A stretch of 64,000 nt of DNA from a bacterium (lineage in GTDB: Bacteria; Cyanobacteriota; Vampirovibrionia; Gastranaerophilales; JBAXKC01): positions 1 to 64,000 of the forward strand of contig JBAXKC010000009.1 in NCBI GenBank assembly GCA_037137535.1, read 5' to 3'. This document shows positions 60,589 through 64,000 of the stretch, piece after piece (position 1 is the first letter of the stretch; each line of letters opens with the position of its first letter). The notes beneath the pieces are model-generated. The model ran no database searches and was not told the origin of the DNA. It saw nothing but the letters and a program-made list of their open reading frames with translations. A program made the translations under genes and the position numbers.

Positions 60589-62371
60589 ATAAAGCACTAT
60601 TCCAGTTTTTTATCATCTTTTGTAAATCACTAATTTTAAACTCCGGCTTTGCAGACGGATAAAGTCCTTCTAAAATTATATATTTTTTTAATTCCTCAAT
60701 CGCTTTTTGCGTATTCCCGAGTTTATTCAAAGCTAATGCATAATAAATTCGAGTTCTCTTATGAGTCTCATAAAATTTTATATTATTCTCAAAAACAAAG
60801 ATTGCGCCTGTATAATCTTTTTTTCTATAATTTTCTAAACCAATTTCACAATTTTCATCAGCAGTTTTAAGCTTATTTGAAATTCTTTGCTGTATTAAGT
60901 TTGCCTGCTCCGAATATTTTTGAGTAGTTGCCAGAAGTTTTAAACTTTCTTGGGCTAAGTCATAATTTCTGTCAAAACACAAGTAACAGGTCAACTCAAA
61001 AATAAGATCATCGCTCATTCCATCTTTTAAAATAAGATCATATTTATTTTTTGCACTTAAATAATCTTCATTGAGATTAGAAGCTCTAAAAGAATCTATT
61101 AATGTTTTCTGATCGGGATATTCTGTAAGATTTGAAAGCTGGTAAATAACATCTTTCAATTGAGCAGAAATACCTTGTGAAGAAACAATATTATTTTTAA
61201 TCAAAGCAATTTTTATTTTGTTATAATCTTCTACTGCCGATAAATATTCACTATCAGCAATATAATTTCTTAAAGTAAAAACGCCTGTAAGATATTGCGT
61301 ATAGTACAACTCCGCAAGTCCGTTCAAGGCTTTCAAATTATCGGGATTAGCCTTTAAAATACTTAATAATAATTCTCTTGCTTCGGTTTCCCTGTCACAA
61401 ATCAAAAAATAATAAGCCTTAACCGCTTTTTCATCTTCTTTATCAGTATTGTCGACATCCTCCGAAACTTTAGTTGAAGGCATTTCAGAAATAATAGCAT
61501 CTAATTGGTTAATTCTTTGCTTAACCTCAGTTTCAAAGGGTTTAATTTCTAAAACAACATAATATTCATGTTTAGCTTTAAAAAAATCACCTAATTTTTC
61601 ATAAATATTACCCATAAGATAATGAGTGTAATATGATTGCTCAAGGCTATAATCATTGGCTTTTTGCAAATAATTCAATGCTTTTTCAAATCTTGCCTTT
61701 TCAATGCAAAATTCAGCTAAATTAATAAGCGTCTGAGGATTATAAACATCAAGCTCTTCAGCTTTCATAAGTTCATCTTGTCGTCTAAAATCATTACGGA
61801 CTGCTTTATAATACATAGAAATCCCGATATGAGCCTGTGCATTTTTTTCATCAACTTCCAATGCTTTAAGAAAATATTTATTTGCTTGAGTTAAAATTCG
61901 TTGTTTCTTTGAATTAGCAAAAAAAGAATTTAAGTATTCAGGGTTTTCAGACTTTTTTAAATAGATTTTCCCCATCACGATATAAGCTAAAGCACAGTCT
62001 TCACTATAAGAAATAGACTTTCTCGCCGCATTTTCAGCCTCTTGAATTAAACCTTCATTAAATAAAATATCTGAACCTATTGCATAAACTTCTGCATTTT
62101 GAGGAGCAATTTTTTTAGCAATATTAAGATAATATACCGATTTTTCTTTTAAACCTGCATCTTTATAAAATTTCGACAATTCTAAGTTCAAACTTAAATC
62201 TTTTGGATTATTTTTGACCGCATTGGATAAATAATTTTCTTTTTTAACCGCAGGGCTTTCCTCATCTTCATGAACTGTTATTGTTTGTGAATTTGCGCTC
62301 GAAATTATCGAACATGCAATAACCAACAATAGCAACATATTAACGGATTTAAAAATTCTTTTTTTCTTCAT
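60587..62371 (-). CDS. Secreted TPR repeat protein
   Basis: Signal peptide after MKKKRIF; multiple TPRs. Confidence 0.82.
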   Translation of the reverse strand: MKKKRIFKSVNMLLLLVIACSIISSANSQTITVHEDEESPAVKKENYLSNAVKNNPKDLSLNLELSKFYKDAGLKEKSVYYLNIAKKIAPQNAEVYAIGSDILFNEGLIQEAENAARKSISYSEDCALAYIVMGKIYLKKSENPEYLNSFFANSKKQRILTQANKYFLKALEVDEKNAQAHIGISMYYKAVRNDFRRQDELMKAEELDVYNPQTLINLAEFCIEKARFEKALNYLQKANDYSLEQSYYTHYLMGNIYEKLGDFFKAKHEYYVVLEIKPFETEVKQRINQLDAIISEMPSTKVSEDVDNTDKEDEKAVKAYYFLICDRETEARELLLSILKANPDNLKALNGLAELYYTQYLTGVFTLRNYIADSEYLSAVEDYNKIKIALIKNNIVSSQGISAQLKDVIYQLSNLTEYPDQKTLIDSFRASNLNEDYLSAKNKYDLILKDGMSDDLIFELTCYLCFDRNYDLAQESLKLLATTQKYSEQANLIQQRISNKLKTADENCEIGLENYRKKDYTGAIFVFENNIKFYETHKRTRIYYALALNKLGNTQKAIEELKKYIILEGLYPSAKPEFKISDLQKMIKNWNSAL

Positions 62372-62477
62372 GTAAACAATTTTACTATATTTTATTAATA
62401 AATCCATGTAATCTGAAGTATAATCTGTTAAAATAGTTTATAATTTTTGTAATACGTACATATTAAAAAGTAGAGTT

Positions 62478-63047
62478 ATGGTGAAAAAAGGTAATGTATT
62501 TGTATTCTCCGGTCCGTCCGGAGTAGGTAAAGGCACTTTGCTAAAAGAAATTTTGCAAATAATGCCCGACATTAAGCTGTCTGTTTCTGCAACAACTCGT
62601 ACTCCAAGAAGTATTGAAGTTGAAGGAGTAAATTATTTCTTTACTACAAAAGAAAAATTTACTGAACAAATTGAAAATAATGAATTTGTTGAATGGGCAG
62701 AATTTGCAGGAAACTATTACGGTACATATTTAAAAACCGTTAAAGACTCCCAAAAATCAGGAAATGATATTGTGCTTGAAATTGAAGTGCAAGGAGCTAT
62801 GCAGATAAGGGAGAAAATTCCCGAGGCCATATTAATCTTTATACTACCGCCATCACTTGATGAACTTGAAAAAAGACTTCTTAAAAGAAATACCGAAACA
62901 AGGGAAAGCATTGACAGAAGGCTTTCTATCGTAAAAAAAGAACTTACCTTGCTTGAAAAATTTGACCATAATGTCGTAAATGAGGACCTAAATCAAGCTG
63001 TTGGCGAACTTATAGAAATTATAAATTCTGAACGACAAAAGGTTTAA
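62478..63047 (+). CDS. gmk: Guanylate kinase
   Basis: SGPSGVGKGT, SATTRTPR, YYGT, LEIEVQGA, ILPPSL. Confidence 0.96.
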   Translation: MVKKGNVFVFSGPSGVGKGTLLKEILQIMPDIKLSVSATTRTPRSIEVEGVNYFFTTKEKFTEQIENNEFVEWAEFAGNYYGTYLKTVKDSQKSGNDIVLEIEVQGAMQIREKIPEAILIFILPPSLDELEKRLLKRNTETRESIDRRLSIVKKELTLLEKFDHNVVNEDLNQAVGELIEIINSERQKV

Positions 63048-63052
63048 TACAA

Positions 63053-64000
63053 ATGTCACTTAAAGATAAAAAAATTCTTATCGGAATAACGGGTGGTATT
63101 GCAAGCTATAAAATTTGCGAACTTATAAGAATGTTTGTAAAAGCAGGTGCGGAAGTTAAAACCGTATTAACTCCATCTGCTCTTGAATTTGTAACTGTTA
63201 CAACATTACAGACCTTAACTAAAAATGACGTTTATGTTGAACAATTTAATTCAGAAAGCTGGAAACCCGAGCATATAAGTCTTGCAGACTCCTCCGATTT
63301 ATTTTTAATTGCTCCTGCAACTGCCAATACCATAGGTAAAATTGCAAACGGTATTTGTGATAACCTTTTAACCTCTTTAGCATGTGCTTTTTCAAAGAAA
63401 ATAATCATAGCTCCTGCCATGAACTGCAACATGTGGAATAATAAGTTTGTTCAAAAAAATCTAAACAAACTTATATCATTCGGCTGCAATGTTATCCCGA
63501 CAGAAAAAGGCTTTCTTGCCTGTGGATACGAAGGACAGGGAAGAATGGCAGAAGTTGAAACAATTTATAATACAGTTTCAGAGTTTTTTAATCAAAATAA
63601 TCTATTAGAAAATAAACGCATAGTTATTACAGCAGGCGGAACAAAAGAACCTATTGATCCTGTAAGATATATTGGTAACAACAGTTCAGGAAAAATGGGC
63701 ATTGCTATAGCTGATAAAGCCTATGAAATGGGTGCTGATGTTATCTTAATATCAACTGTAAAAGCAGAAAAACCCTATAAAGTTATTAATACTTCAAGTG
63801 CGATAGAAATGCTTGAATATACAAAACAGGAATTTCTCCAATCTGACGTCCTTATTATGGCTGCTGCTGTAGCAGATTACAGACCTGTAAATATTGCTGA
63901 AAATAAAATCAAAAAAACAAACAGCGATAATTTAACAATAGAATTAGTTAAAAATCCCGACATATTAAAGGAAATAGCTTTAATTAAAACAGAAAATCAA
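63053..64000 (+). CDS. coaBC: Bifunctional phosphopantothenoylcysteine decarboxylase/synthase (partial, runs off window)
   Basis: Hand translation MSLKDKKILIGITGGIASYK, APATANTIGK, PAMN, LACG..G.GRM, TAGGTKEPIDPVRYIGNNSSGKMG, AAVADY. Confidence 0.95.
   Translation, partial: MSLKDKKILIGITGGIASYKICELIRMFVKAGAEVKTVLTPSALEFVTVTTLQTLTKNDVYVEQFNSESWKPEHISLADSSDLFLIAPATANTIGKIANGICDNLLTSLACAFSKKIIIAPAMNCNMWNNKFVQKNLNKLISFGCNVIPTEKGFLACGYEGQGRMAEVETIYNTVSEFFNQNNLLENKRIVITAGGTKEPIDPVRYIGNNSSGKMGIAIADKAYEMGADVILISTVKAEKPYKVINTSSAIEMLEYTKQEFLQSDVLIMAAAVADYRPVNIAENKIKKTNSDNLTIELVKNPDILKEIALIKTENQ

Noticed and set aside
63040-63060. Missing rpoZ between gmk and coaBC
   Set aside because: Gene order varies between lineages; not informative from one window

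Overview
Low-GC bacterial chromosomal window with no tRNA, rRNA, CRISPR or intact transposase/phage genes that I could recognise. Gene content suggests a non-photosynthetic cyanobacterial relative (Vampirovibrionia/Melainabacteria, Gastranaerophilales-like). This is an inference from the MGLAASQAR-type protein, a cyanobacteria-like helicase/nuclease pair and a UPF0367-like protein. Housekeeping genes include miaB, rsfS, yceD-rpmF-plsX-fabH-fabD-fabG-acpP-fabF, leuD-leuB, def-fmt, glnA, lon, pgk, queH, clpP, gmk and coaBC (partial). Most notable observations: (1) a consensus sigma-28 (FliA-type) promoter precedes a cluster of unannotated, mutually related coiled-coil proteins plus a Gly-rich hydrophobic protein (24103-26469); (2) a second consensus sigma-28 promoter precedes a ~75-nt ORF-less, terminated transcript carrying an anti-Shine-Dalgarno tract (candidate sRNA, ~31670-31745, minus); (3) an operon of radical SAM + ferredoxin + three DUF2229/dehydratase-activase-related subunits (47134-52276), possibly for anaerobic lipid modification; (4) a ~140-bp structured repeat present twice, ~41.6 kb apart; (5) a recurring TGTTTTTATAT motif upstream of orphan genes. 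All assignments come from reading motifs by eye; no database searches were run.
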